Shown here: positions 29,759 through 39,362 of the stretch, one piece after another | How the letters are laid out: each line of letters starts with the position of its first letter | How positions within the stretch are numbered: the stretch's first letter is position 1 | Source of the DNA: a virus | Direction: 5' to 3' (one strand) | Virus record (IMG/VR): IMGVR_UViG_3300027788_001769 | Coordinates: 72,769 to 136,768 of that record | Length of the DNA: 64,000 nucleotides | The notes under the pieces: model-generated | Seen by the model: the letters and a program-made list of their open reading frames with translations, nothing else | What the model was told of the DNA's origin: nothing | Database searches by the model: none | Program-made: the position numbers and the translations under genes

Positions 29759-31621
29759 TTATCTAAGTTCTTTGATATCGAAAGTTCTAACTCCATCAAG
29801 TTGGATAAATCCGTAGAATCTATTGTTAACCATTTTCTTAGCGTATCTAGTCATGATACCTTTGATTGGTGCAAAGTTGAACGGGTTATACATTGTTGGT
29901 GTTAATTGTAATGGAACGTAAGGTGCGTATACGTAACCAGTATCAAGTAAAGAAGTTCCTTTGTGTCCTACCAAACATCCGTTTGCTGGGAAGTAAGGGT
30001 CTCTATATACTGTATATCTACCACCTAAAGTACCGATTTTTTCAATACCCATGTTATATTGGTCTTGGTCTGGAGAAGCGTTAGACACGTGGAAGTATTC
30101 TAAATCATCAAAGATTGCAGAAACTTCAGAAGAACAAACAATCCAGTTAGCCCCACCTCTCAACGTAGATTTGTGAATCTGTGCTGATAATTGGTTAATA
30201 GCTGTAATTAATGTTTGGTTCCAGTCTTTTTGAGTGTAAGGAGCTTGACCAGCTGCGAATCTCTTCCAACCGTTGTAGTCCCATCTCAATCTCCATGCTG
30301 CACCTTTTCTAAGGTCTAATAAAATTTCCCTGTCGATTTCAGCAGCAACTTCTTCAGAAAGTAAAGCTGTTAATTCAGCTTCAGCATCAATGTTGTGGAA
30401 TGCAGAAACGTCTTGTGCTAATTCCGGTGACCACTGAGCTCTTAATTTTCTTTCAGTAACAGAAACCGTTACAGAATCTAAATCAAAAGAAACTTCAGCA
30501 AGTTCCGTAGAGAATTCTAAATCTTCATATTGTCTCCATACTCCTGTAAATGTACCTGTGTTAGCGTTAAAAGCGTTACTACCAGCAACGATATCACTAC
30601 CCATAAACCATCCACCCATGTAACCATCTGGTGAATCACAAGAAATACATGCTGGACATGAAGTATCTAATTCGATGTAAATTTCACCTGCAGTATCACA
30701 AAGATTATCGAACTTACCACCTGGAAGTGCGTTAGTTGTTTGAGTTCCGTAGTCTACAATACCTTTACCATATTTTTGAGTTACAACTCTAAATGGTATG
30801 TGAGTTTTGTTAGCTTCAACAGTTTTTGTAGTTGCCGTATTTGAACAACAGAAAATGTCGTCATTAGCAACAAAATAAAGTGAACCTAAGAATTCCTCAG
30901 TATCCATTTCATTACCACTTGGTCCAGATAATTTACCAGCTCCTAATCCCCAGAAACCTCCAAGTTTAATGATAAGTCCTCTTACACCACCTTGGTTGTT
31001 AGAACCACAATTAGTGTTACCAGATACACCAGCACCGTTTTCTCCAAGTACCTCAACTAGTTCACCGTTATTGTTAGTGTTCCATGCTACAGATTTAGCA
31101 ACACTTGTTACACCTGTATAAGCTCCTTTAGACCTGTCCCATAGACCTTGTCCGTCTGCATAATATTGGTCATATAAGTCAACACTATCAAATTGAGTGT
31201 TTGAGTTACCAAATGCTCCACCTTGTGGATTATAATGTCCTTCACCAGCTGCTAATGGTTCGTTACCTACTACACCAGCTCTTCTAGATGAAATTTTAGG
31301 TACAAAGTAGAACAATTTACCAATTGGTAAGTTCATAGCTTGTACAGAAACGATATCGTTTGCCAATAATTTAGAGAATACTCTCCTTACGATTGGAAAT
31401 ACTACAGTTTCAAAAGAACCTGACGCATCTGCCGATGTTGCTTCGTTTATTAAATGTGTTGCTTGATTTTCGTATAATTGAGCGATGTTCTCTCTAGTGT
31501 GACCTTTAAGTCCTTCTAGAAATCCTAACTTGTCCCATTTACCGATGGTATCTTCACGGATAACTTTAAGGTGTTTTAACCCAATGTTTCCGACCATACC
31601 TGATTCTAATAATGCTCCCAT
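29759..31621 (-). CDS. gp23: T4-like major capsid protein (gp23) with a large insertion
   Basis: VRRVF...DIVSVQAMNLPIGKLFY, RKLRAQWSPELAQD...HNIDAEAEL...EIDREI, YAPYVPL, GIMTRYA. Confidence 0.95.
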   Translation of the reverse strand: MGALLESGMVGNIGLKHLKVIREDTIGKWDKLGFLEGLKGHTRENIAQLYENQATHLINEATSADASGSFETVVFPIVRRVFSKLLANDIVSVQAMNLPIGKLFYFVPKISSRRAGVVGNEPLAAGEGHYNPQGGAFGNSNTQFDSVDLYDQYYADGQGLWDRSKGAYTGVTSVAKSVAWNTNNNGELVEVLGENGAGVSGNTNCGSNNQGGVRGLIIKLGGFWGLGAGKLSGPSGNEMDTEEFLGSLYFVANDDIFCCSNTATTKTVEANKTHIPFRVVTQKYGKGIVDYGTQTTNALPGGKFDNLCDTAGEIYIELDTSCPACISCDSPDGYMGGWFMGSDIVAGSNAFNANTGTFTGVWRQYEDLEFSTELAEVSFDLDSVTVSVTERKLRAQWSPELAQDVSAFHNIDAEAELTALLSEEVAAEIDREILLDLRKGAAWRLRWDYNGWKRFAAGQAPYTQKDWNQTLITAINQLSAQIHKSTLRGGANWIVCSSEVSAIFDDLEYFHVSNASPDQDQYNMGIEKIGTLGGRYTVYRDPYFPANGCLVGHKGTSLLDTGYVYAPYVPLQLTPTMYNPFNFAPIKGIMTRYAKKMVNNRFYGFIQLDGVRTFDIKELR

Positions 31622-31655
31622 AATTTGTTATTTTTTTTTTTGGTTGTTTATTTTA

Positions 31656-33005
31656 TTATAATTTAGCCATTATATCTTTCATTCTCGCAATTTGTGGATT
31701 AACATACGTTTTCGATTCAATCAAATTCGTAGAAGACCCCTTCTTTGGAGATTTAGAAATGGTTTTTTGAATTGATTCAGTAATAGACTTAGTCTTAACT
31801 GACAATTCACTGTTTAGCTGTTTGTAAAGACCTTTACTTTCATTTAAAGTCTCAACATTATCAAAACGTCTTAAAACATTAATTTTTTCTTGTTTTGACG
31901 TTGTATGTTCAGTAAATAATTTTGTAGAGTAAGCTAGATTAGCGTTAAACACAGCTACCTCATTAATTTTATCTCTAAACATCGTCAAAGCTTTTTTATA
32001 ATCTTTGTTTTTGTTTTTATAATTTTGATTTTCATTTTTCAAAGACTCAAGAACTAATTCTTGTTTTTTTAATCTTTTATTTAAAGTTGCTACAGACTCT
32101 CTAAGGTTTCTATTATTAGTGACTGGTTTGTATGATTGTCCCTTTGGTGCGTAACCATTAGAACCTCTTCTACCAAAACCTAAAGTACGAGATGCTTCTT
32201 TATAGTCTTTACGACTTCTAGATTCATCTCCTTTATTACCACCATATTTAGCTCTCTCAGAATAATCTCTTTTACTCCTGGATTCGTCTCCTTTGTTACC
32301 CCCGTATTTAGCTCTCTCAGAATAATCTCTTTTACTTCGAGATTCGTCTCCTTTGTTGCCTCCATACTTTGCTGTTTCAGAGTAATCTTTTTTACTTTTA
32401 GATTCGTCTCCTTTGTTTCCACCATAAGGTTGGTCTTCATCCATCTCAATTTCATAGATTGTTTCGTCGTCCATTTCTTCCATTTCCATGTCGTCCATTT
32501 CCATAACATCTATATCGTCATCCATAGTTTCCCCCATCTCCTCATCAGTTTCGTTCATTTCAACTCTGTATTCGGTACCCGCTTCTTGGTCTTCAATATT
32601 AATAGTGTTGTCATCTTGTGTGACAATAACACCATCATCTGAACCCATAGCTTTGAATACTTTCATTACTTCGTCGTCTGATGCACCCGTTAAATCAAGA
32701 GTGTCTTCAAAGTCATCCATCATACCGATAGATACCATTTCATCTTCTGAATCAGGTTCCCCAACTTCATCATCCATATCCAACATATCTTCTACGTCTT
32801 CCATGTCTAAATCTTCTAAGTCGTCAACCTCTTCTTCATCGTTTATTTCTAAATCTTCTACGTCTTCTTGTAGTGATTCTTTTACTAACTCCTCAATTTC
32901 TTGTTTCATAGTTGAAGCAAGTATTTCTTTTGCATTAGATTTAACAGCTTCTTCTAGCTGTTTAGCCTCTAGGAGGGCTTGTTCAAGAACTGAATTTTTT
33001 GCCAT
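31656..33005 (-). CDS. Prohead core scaffold protein (gp22-like)
   Basis: Acidic and coiled-coil; lies between gp21 and gp23; many LxE motifs. Confidence 0.75.
   Translation of the reverse strand: MAKNSVLEQALLEAKQLEEAVKSNAKEILASTMKQEIEELVKESLQEDVEDLEINDEEEVDDLEDLDMEDVEDMLDMDDEVGEPDSEDEMVSIGMMDDFEDTLDLTGASDDEVMKVFKAMGSDDGVIVTQDDNTINIEDQEAGTEYRVEMNETDEEMGETMDDDIDVMEMDDMEMEEMDDETIYEIEMDEDQPYGGNKGDESKSKKDYSETAKYGGNKGDESRSKRDYSERAKYGGNKGDESRSKRDYSERAKYGGNKGDESRSRKDYKEASRTLGFGRRGSNGYAPKGQSYKPVTNNRNLRESVATLNKRLKKQELVLESLKNENQNYKNKNKDYKKALTMFRDKINEVAVFNANLAYSTKLFTEHTTSKQEKINVLRRFDNVETLNESKGLYKQLNSELSVKTKSITESIQKTISKSPKKGSSTNLIESKTYVNPQIARMKDIMAKL
32197..32426 (-). repeat. About four 60-bp coding tandem repeats (YGGNKGDESRSKRDYSERAK)
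   Basis: Units start at 32221, 32281, 32341 and 32401 with mostly synonymous changes. Confidence 0.9.
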
Positions 33006-33047
33006 ATTTTTTGTATTAGCTAATTTTTTCTGTGTTTATTATACTCC

Positions 33048-33055
33048 AATAAATA
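33048..33055 (-). promoter_or_regulatory. Putative late promoter TATTTATT
   Basis: Upstream of the scaffold and capsid genes. Confidence 0.6.
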
Positions 33056-33104
33056 TATTATTTAAGTAAAAAAGTCTTTTTATTATTTTATAAAAAAGAA
33101 TTTT

Positions 33105-33818
33105 TTATAATCCGCTTAAATAACTATCGAGTTTATTCATTAATTTTAATGATGGGTTTAACATTTTTGATGTATTTTCTGAATTATCTGGTTCATCTAA
33201 TGACTCATCGTATAACTCTTTTTCATCTAAATCCTTAAATAAATATGCCCCTGGTGTGGAAGGGGACGAAACTAAATCAAAACAAATTAATTCAAAATCA
33301 TCCTGTACCATATTTTTACCGTTTTCTTTCTTTAAAGACCCAACCCCTCTAGACGATATACCTAAGGTAACTCCACGTCTAAGTAAGTTTGCTGCGATAT
33401 CCCCCATACAACTAATCACACCACTCTTATGGTAAGCTGGGGAAGTTAAAATTTCTATTTTACCCATTAGTGTTCCACCATCCCAAAAAGTCTCAGTAAT
33501 TCTATGAGATGCCCTCTCAAGGTCCACTAAAGATGATTCTGGGTGATTTAACTCTGAAAGAGCTCTTCCTTGTTTTATAAGGTCTTGATATCTATCTACC
33601 TCCCTTTTTAATATCTCTTCTGGGTAAACTCTACCATTTCTATTTTCCACACCTGATTTTTGAAGTATAGCATAAAAATTAATAGGCCCTTCTTGGACAA
33701 CATCCCCCTTCATTTCTCTTATTATTTTTTTATTCCTACTTTCTGAAGGGGAGATATGACCGGCATCATACTCAATTAATAATCCTGTCCCTAAATTGCC
33801 TGGTTTTACTATATTCAT
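33105..33818 (-). CDS. gp21: Prohead maturation protease (gp21)
   Basis: NRNGRVYP, ELNHP, LGISSRGVGS, FDLVSSPSTPGA; real start probably MNIVKP at 33818, because a promoter and terminator lie inside the longer ORF-track extension. Confidence 0.92.
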   Translation of the reverse strand: MNIVKPGNLGTGLLIEYDAGHISPSESRNKKIIREMKGDVVQEGPINFYAILQKSGVENRNGRVYPEEILKREVDRYQDLIKQGRALSELNHPESSLVDLERASHRITETFWDGGTLMGKIEILTSPAYHKSGVISCMGDIAANLLRRGVTLGISSRGVGSLKKENGKNMVQDDFELICFDLVSSPSTPGAYLFKDLDEKELYDESLDEPDNSENTSKMLNPSLKLMNKLDSYLSGL

Positions 33819-33833
33819 ATCTTGTGGTTTTAT

Positions 33834-33841
33834 TATAAATA
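33834..33841 (-). promoter_or_regulatory. Putative late promoter TATTTATA
   Basis: 15 nt upstream of the gp21 start. Confidence 0.65.
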
Positions 33842-33891
33842 CAATTCTACCAAGAAAACACACACACAATCCCACGTATAAATTTTTAAGC

Positions 33892-33919
33892 AAAAAAAAA
33901 GCCTAGTTAAAGACTTTTT
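33892..33919 (-). terminator. Weak intrinsic terminator
   Basis: Minus strand reads AAAAAGTCT-TTTAACT-AGGCTTTTTTTTT. Confidence 0.55.
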
Positions 33920-33950
33920 ATTTTAAGGAATAAGTTTATGTAATTTTTAT

Positions 33951-34388
33951 TTATTTTGTTTTTGTAAAATGAAATTCTGAACTATCTTTAAATATATCAG
34001 TAAGTAAATTACTAGTGATATTTGTTACGTTCCCCATGACCTCCACTGACTTGATACTGTATGGTTGGGTTAGGAATAAAGTTACCTCACAATTCATATA
34101 ACTTTTTTTACCTGTTTTAATTCCACTAGTCCTAATGTCTAAATCTATTATATTTTTATTTTTAGTAAAAACTTCTGGATTTATGGATTTGGTTGCAGAA
34201 GACACTATTTTTCTTTTTAAAGACCTAACCTTCCTATCCCAAAAAGAAATGTCGTCATCTTCAATTAATGGTGAAAACCAAGAAGATATATTTATGAACA
34301 CCGACTTAGGGTTCTTAGTGTCAACACTACCATAGTAGGTTTTAAAGTTTGAGTCTATATTGAATTTTACTTGTTTTCCGGCTTTCAT
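33951..34388 (-). CDS. Hypothetical protein
   Basis: 145-aa ORF with its own TTGACA-17-TACATTTA promoter-like element. Confidence 0.7.
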   Translation of the reverse strand: MKAGKQVKFNIDSNFKTYYGSVDTKNPKSVFINISSWFSPLIEDDDISFWDRKVRSLKRKIVSSATKSINPEVFTKNKNIIDLDIRTSGIKTGKKSYMNCEVTLFLTQPYSIKSVEVMGNVTNITSNLLTDIFKDSSEFHFTKTK

Positions 34389-34440
34389 ATTTAAATATTT
34401 TATACTTAAATGTAATACTTTTTAACAGTAATGTCAAAGA

Positions 34441-34731
34441 TTATATATCTTCTTCTTCGTAGTCGTATTCGTGTGTAACAGTTGTGTGCGTAGGTTCTGG
34501 TTCTTCCTCTATAACTGTGTCAGTTTTAGGTGAGAAATTTTCTGCTGCCGTAAACCCTAGACCAGCCATTACAATCCATTGCATAGATTGGAATAAATTC
34601 TCTTCTATTGTGAAATCCCAGAATAAATTTGCTGTATAACCTATTAACATAAACAATAAACAAATAAAGGTAACAAATCTCTTACTAGAAACCTTACCTT
34701 CACTACTTAACATATTTTTGAAAAAATCCAT
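34441..34731 (-). CDS. Small two-TM membrane protein, holin-like
   Basis: SSKRFVTFICLLFMLIGY, a second hydrophobic helix and an acidic tail. Confidence 0.55.
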   Translation of the reverse strand: MDFFKNMLSSEGKVSSKRFVTFICLLFMLIGYTANLFWDFTIEENLFQSMQWIVMAGLGFTAAENFSPKTDTVIEEEPEPTHTTVTHEYDYEEEDI

Positions 34732-34736
34732 AATTT

Positions 34737-35450
34737 TTATTTTAATTCTTCTTTAAGTTTATCTAATTTATATAGTGAAACACCGTCAAGATTTTGACTA
34801 TCAATTTGACTGATGACAGAGTTTAGTTTACTTAACATTTCTTTATCTTCACTTGATTCTTTTAGAGAATTTAGTTTCTCCACTACTTCTTTTTTAGAAA
34901 TGTCAAACTCAGACTTAAGGGTTTTTTTATTTATGCCCATATATTTCTTTAAATCTTTTTTGTCTTCTTCACTTAGAGACTCATATTTTTTATTAAATTT
35001 TGTGGTAGCTAAAGTACTTAGTATCGATGTTGATACGGTTTCGGTTATTTTAAAACCAGTTTCCTCTCTTGTTAAATGTTCAATTAACTTACGTTTGTTT
35101 AGTATATTTTTTTCTAGAGACATTACAGACTCATTAAAAATTAAACTATCTAGTTTTGAGTAAATTTTATTTAAAAAGCTTTCACTTAATTCTTTAATTA
35201 CAGGAATTCTTAAATTTTTCTTTTTACTCTTTAAAGTATTAATAACAGTGTTAAGGTATTCCTCCGCTAATTTTTTATCGTCAAATCTTTTATTCTCTAT
35301 TTCACCGTATAGAACAAAAAATTCTCGTGCTATTTTATTTTCTCGTAACCCACCCATTAAGTTATGGAAAGATTCTTTAAATAATTTTTTGTTAGTAGCG
35401 TATGAACTAACTAATGTTGTAGTTATTGATTGTTTGTATTTACCGAACAT
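34737..35450 (-). CDS. Head-module helical protein (possible prohead core component)
   Basis: Directly downstream of portal; late motif at 35465-35472; xES motifs. Confidence 0.5.
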   Translation of the reverse strand: MFGKYKQSITTTLVSSYATNKKLFKESFHNLMGGLRENKIAREFFVLYGEIENKRFDDKKLAEEYLNTVINTLKSKKKNLRIPVIKELSESFLNKIYSKLDSLIFNESVMSLEKNILNKRKLIEHLTREETGFKITETVSTSILSTLATTKFNKKYESLSEEDKKDLKKYMGINKKTLKSEFDISKKEVVEKLNSLKESSEDKEMLSKLNSVISQIDSQNLDGVSLYKLDKLKEELK

Positions 35451-35473
35451 AGTGATATTTTATTAATAAATAT

Positions 35474-37276
35474 CTAGTCTTTAAGTAAATCTTCTAATTT
35501 TTTACTTACTTCACTTAGAGTATTACCACCCTTAACAATATATGCACTATTATTGTTATTTTTACTCTCCAATATTAAAGGTAATTTAGATTTATCTATA
35601 GATGCGGTTTGTAAGTCAGGTAAGTCACCTTCTTCTGGTGGTGTTTCATCCATACCTGTTTCTAACCCAGTGTCTGAAGGACTTTCTATCTCACCACCAG
35701 CTGCGGCTGCCTCGGCACCATCATCATCTGGTGCGTCACCATATAATTTATCTATGTTAGCAAATAATCCAGTAGATTTTATTATCGTTGATGTTTGGTT
35801 TAATTCTTCACCAACAGCTTTCTCAATTCTTTGTTGTTGTAAGTCTAACTTTATTTCTTCATCTGAAAAACCTAATACGTTCTTTTTAGCCCATGTTGCT
35901 GAAACAGGTAATATTCCACTACCCGAGTCAGTAGTTGCATCTCTGTAAAGCGTTATCTTTTCTTTCCACGCCTCAATCTTTAACAACTCCGATTGTGTGG
36001 ATGGGTTGGTTAAACCAAGAGTAAAGTTTTCTAATTCATCTTCAAAACCTAACATATATAAATGAATGATAGCTATTTTGTTTAGTTCTTGTACCATAGA
36101 TTTTTGTATTCTATTAATACTTCTAGCGAATCTAATATCTTGTATTGCCAAATTTTTCCCCTCACCAACCACATCTTCAAACCCTAAAAAAGCCTTAGGT
36201 ATTCTCAGCGCAGCTAAAAGTTTTTTCTGAATATACTCTATATCGGCTATTTCACTTAGATTTTGAGCTCCTGGTAAGGTATCTATCGGGTTTGGTGAGT
36301 TAGGGTCTCTAACTGGTATAAAATAGTCTTGGTCAACAGCCATTTGATTATACCTTAAATCCACATTACCAGTATCGTTATCAACAATAGGGTCCCTTTT
36401 AAATTTATTGGCAATTCTTTGTACATATGGTTCAACATCCTTATCATCCATATTACCCACATACACTTTAAATACTCTTCTTTCAGGTGCTCTAGAAGTT
36501 CTATAAATTAACATTGCGTCTTCCGCTAAAAGTAATTGTTTCCATATACGTCTACATTTCTCTAACATGGAAGTACCATAAGGCAATCTTCTATCGTCAG
36601 ATAAAATTCTAAAGTGAGCAACTTCCCAAGTATTAAATTCCATATCCTTAGGTTTCCAAGCAAACTTTACCTCTCTCTCTTCGTCTGTTTGGTCTGTCCT
36701 ATACTGAACCACTTTAGTTCCTTTCTCAACTCTTTCAATCTCTATATTAACTAACTGACTTGCACCCACAATACCTTTCTTAGGGTCTAATTTTAAATAA
36801 ACAAAATTATCACCATACTTACACGTATTACGAGTCCACATAGGTAGATTAGTTTCTATGTCTAAAATATTGTTAAATAAATCACCTAAAATACTTTTTA
36901 TCCTTTTAGATTCTGAGTATATGTTTAACATAAAACCTCTTTCACCTATAGTACAACATTCTTCAGCCATTATATCTAAAGCAGCCGAAATTTCTGGTGT
37001 AAATTCCATTGATTCGTAATCGTAATATGAAGCCATTCTTGTTGGTTCGTAATAAACAGCTTGGGAGTATAAATTACTTTCTACCTTAGACCACTGGTCT
37101 TTTAAATATGTGGCTTGTTGCCCTTGTAATTTTTCTGATTCATATTCTTTTTTATCTTTAGTCCTTAAAAGTTGTTTTTTGTCAAAAGCATAGGATTTAG
37201 AATCGGGAGCTGGTGCTCCAGCTGCCCCAAATAGTTGGGTTAGTCTTTGAAATACTGTTAAATTGTTTTGTGCCAT
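35474..37276 (-). CDS. gp20: Portal vertex protein (gp20)
   Basis: PEISAALD, LAEDAMLIYRTSRAPERRVFKVYVGN, DYFIPVR, IDTLPGAQNL, DIRFAR. Confidence 0.95.
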   Translation of the reverse strand: MAQNNLTVFQRLTQLFGAAGAPAPDSKSYAFDKKQLLRTKDKKEYESEKLQGQQATYLKDQWSKVESNLYSQAVYYEPTRMASYYDYESMEFTPEISAALDIMAEECCTIGERGFMLNIYSESKRIKSILGDLFNNILDIETNLPMWTRNTCKYGDNFVYLKLDPKKGIVGASQLVNIEIERVEKGTKVVQYRTDQTDEEREVKFAWKPKDMEFNTWEVAHFRILSDDRRLPYGTSMLEKCRRIWKQLLLAEDAMLIYRTSRAPERRVFKVYVGNMDDKDVEPYVQRIANKFKRDPIVDNDTGNVDLRYNQMAVDQDYFIPVRDPNSPNPIDTLPGAQNLSEIADIEYIQKKLLAALRIPKAFLGFEDVVGEGKNLAIQDIRFARSINRIQKSMVQELNKIAIIHLYMLGFEDELENFTLGLTNPSTQSELLKIEAWKEKITLYRDATTDSGSGILPVSATWAKKNVLGFSDEEIKLDLQQQRIEKAVGEELNQTSTIIKSTGLFANIDKLYGDAPDDDGAEAAAAGGEIESPSDTGLETGMDETPPEEGDLPDLQTASIDKSKLPLILESKNNNNSAYIVKGGNTLSEVSKKLEDLLKD

Positions 37277-37314
37277 TTTCTAAATATAAACTTTATATGT
37301 TATTTGTCAACCTA

Positions 37315-37608
37315 TTAGTCAACATACTCACACCTTACATATGCTGGAACTACCGTTGGTTCACATTGTCCACCCCACACGTAAGTCACACAATTGTCCA
37401 CTGTTTTCCCTTCACAGGTTTCACAACAATTTTTTATAGTTTTTAACGCGGCCTTTTGAGCTTTAGATGTAAAGTCAGGTTCAAAAGGTCTCCACGCGTA
37501 GACTGTCTGATATAGAGCTTGTCTTAGTAGTTTTCCAGATTTTTTTCTGGTTCCACCCCAACTAGGTCCAAAATTACTAATACTATCACTTTTTCTTGCT
37601 AATGCCAT
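37315..37608 (-). CDS. Small Cys-rich hypothetical protein
   Basis: NCCETC...NC...QC...RC; lies between terminase and portal. Confidence 0.6.
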   Translation of the reverse strand: MALARKSDSISNFGPSWGGTRKKSGKLLRQALYQTVYAWRPFEPDFTSKAQKAALKTIKNCCETCEGKTVDNCVTYVWGGQCEPTVVPAYVRCEYVD

Positions 37609-37612
37609 AATT

Positions 37613-39328
37613 CTATTTTAATCCACTTAACAACCATAAATAGTCTTTAGGGTTGTTTGAGTTAGGTGGTAATCCTTGTGCTGATACTCTTCCCGGTGAA
37701 AATACCGGTTTATTGTCGTTTCTAAATTTATTTTCGTCTGTTGACCAAGCATCTAACATAGCTTTTGTCTGTTCTACACTATTCTTTAATTGTGTAAATG
37801 AGTTTTGGGCTATATACAAAGCCATAGCTATTGACATGATAAGGTCATCATGGGCTCCCTTCATATGGTCTGGTCTTCCATTTATGTAGACAAAAGTTTT
37901 AAACTCATTAAACAGTCTCCTAGAGCGAATTTTAAATCCAGTCCTTAGTTGTTCCTCTAAAGCTTGTACTATCTGTACTCTTTTATTGTTAAAATTTAAA
38001 CCTGGGGTTTTCTCTGATTGATTGAACTTCCAAGTCTCAGTAGATTTAACACCTTCATAATATAAATCTTTATAACCCAACTCCAACATTTTTCTAGAAG
38101 TAGCTACCCCCATACCACCAGTAATATCTATAACCACAAAGCAACTATATTTAACAGCCCATTTATGAGCTAACTCTGCCGCTATATCTGGTGGTACTTT
38201 ACCTAAATACTCAGCTACCTGTTCTCCCTCGTCAAAATCAATAATAACAAAACCAGTAGAATCTTCACTATCACCTCTAGAAACATCTATACCCATAATG
38301 TATTTATGTCCTTCTACGGGTGGTTTCCAAATCCATACACTATTACCCAACCATTTTTCTGTAGGTTCCCTAATGTCTTTTTCAATAGTGTCTAATGTTT
38401 CCGTAGGTATTACATTATCCCCAGAACCTAAAAAAGCACACTCTAACTCCTGTGATATTTTCCGTCTATCAAACTTTAGTTTTTTAGCCATCTCCTCAAA
38501 CCAGTAAGAACATGGTTTATACCCTTTCTCTATTAATAATTCATAAGTGTCAGGTTTTACAGTTTTTAATACTTCGCTTTCATTGTACTCATCTCTATTA
38601 AGTAAAAAATGTACAATGTCTTTAGTTTTAACAAAATATAGGTCTTCGGTAAATCTTGGGTCTCTGTACCAAACTAACCTACTAATTTTAAAATTATTTA
38701 ATTCTCTAATGGATTGGTCAAACACTTCATAATATATAGAATCAAAACCGTTAGGTGTTGATATCACTATTACTTTACCACCAGTAGCTAAAGACGCCAT
38801 ACATGCTGCCCATAAATCTTGACCCGTCTCTATGTAGGCTGCCTCATCAAAAATTAATATGGTTGGGGTGTATCCCCTTAGTGCATCGACTGAAGTTGCC
38901 ACCGCTTTTACCTCAGAACCATTATTTAACCTATAGTGTTTTTGTGAATTTTTATCCTTGTCAAATCCAACACTTAACCAGTCTGGCCATTGACGAAGGA
39001 ACCCTTTAATTTTATTTGCCATTTCTGACGCAGTATCCAACTTATTAGCCAAAACCAATATCTTTTCTGGTTTATCCTTAGAAGCAAATTGTAGTTTTTT
39101 TGAAATCCAAGCTGCTGTTGCTGTTGATACCCCAGCTTGTCTATATTTTAGAACTATATTGTCGTTATATTCTTCATAATCCTCAATCATTGTTACCTGT
39201 TCAGGAAACAATTTAAAAGGAACATAAGAACTTTTGGTGTTGTCGTAAGTTTCTAAATATGTTTCTAATGCATATGGGGTATCCCCCACACATTTTACAT
39301 ATTCTTTTACTAATTCTTCTCTAGTCAT
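37613..39328 (-). CDS. gp17: Terminase large subunit (gp17)
   Basis: LKYRQAGVST, LIFDEAA, ISTPNG, QELECAF, GIDVSRG, HDDLIMS; late motif at 39333-39340. Confidence 0.95.
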   Translation of the reverse strand: MTREELVKEYVKCVGDTPYALETYLETYDNTKSSYVPFKLFPEQVTMIEDYEEYNDNIVLKYRQAGVSTATAAWISKKLQFASKDKPEKILVLANKLDTASEMANKIKGFLRQWPDWLSVGFDKDKNSQKHYRLNNGSEVKAVATSVDALRGYTPTILIFDEAAYIETGQDLWAACMASLATGGKVIVISTPNGFDSIYYEVFDQSIRELNNFKISRLVWYRDPRFTEDLYFVKTKDIVHFLLNRDEYNESEVLKTVKPDTYELLIEKGYKPCSYWFEEMAKKLKFDRRKISQELECAFLGSGDNVIPTETLDTIEKDIREPTEKWLGNSVWIWKPPVEGHKYIMGIDVSRGDSEDSTGFVIIDFDEGEQVAEYLGKVPPDIAAELAHKWAVKYSCFVVIDITGGMGVATSRKMLELGYKDLYYEGVKSTETWKFNQSEKTPGLNFNNKRVQIVQALEEQLRTGFKIRSRRLFNEFKTFVYINGRPDHMKGAHDDLIMSIAMALYIAQNSFTQLKNSVEQTKAMLDAWSTDENKFRNDNKPVFSPGRVSAQGLPPNSNNPKDYLWLLSGLK

Positions 39329-39362
39329 ATACTATAAATATCGACAGAGTTATTATGGGATG

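Noticed and set aside
29675-29905. 76-aa ORF spanning the terminator and overlapping gp23
   Set aside because: Crosses a clear terminator and is antisense to the capsid C-terminus; the 29554-29700 lipoprotein explains the region better
32197-32426. 60-bp periodic repeats as a CRISPR array
   Set aside because: No unique spacers; the repeats are in frame with synonymous variation inside the scaffold gene; no cas genes in the window
33819-33893. N-terminal extension of gp21 in the ORF track
   Set aside because: Contains the late promoter motif and abuts a terminator; the start at 33818 is more plausible
28240-39328. Introns or inteins in ligase, capsid, portal or terminase
   Set aside because: ORFs are uninterrupted; no intein splice or homing-endonuclease motifs seen; the capsid insertion lacks them too
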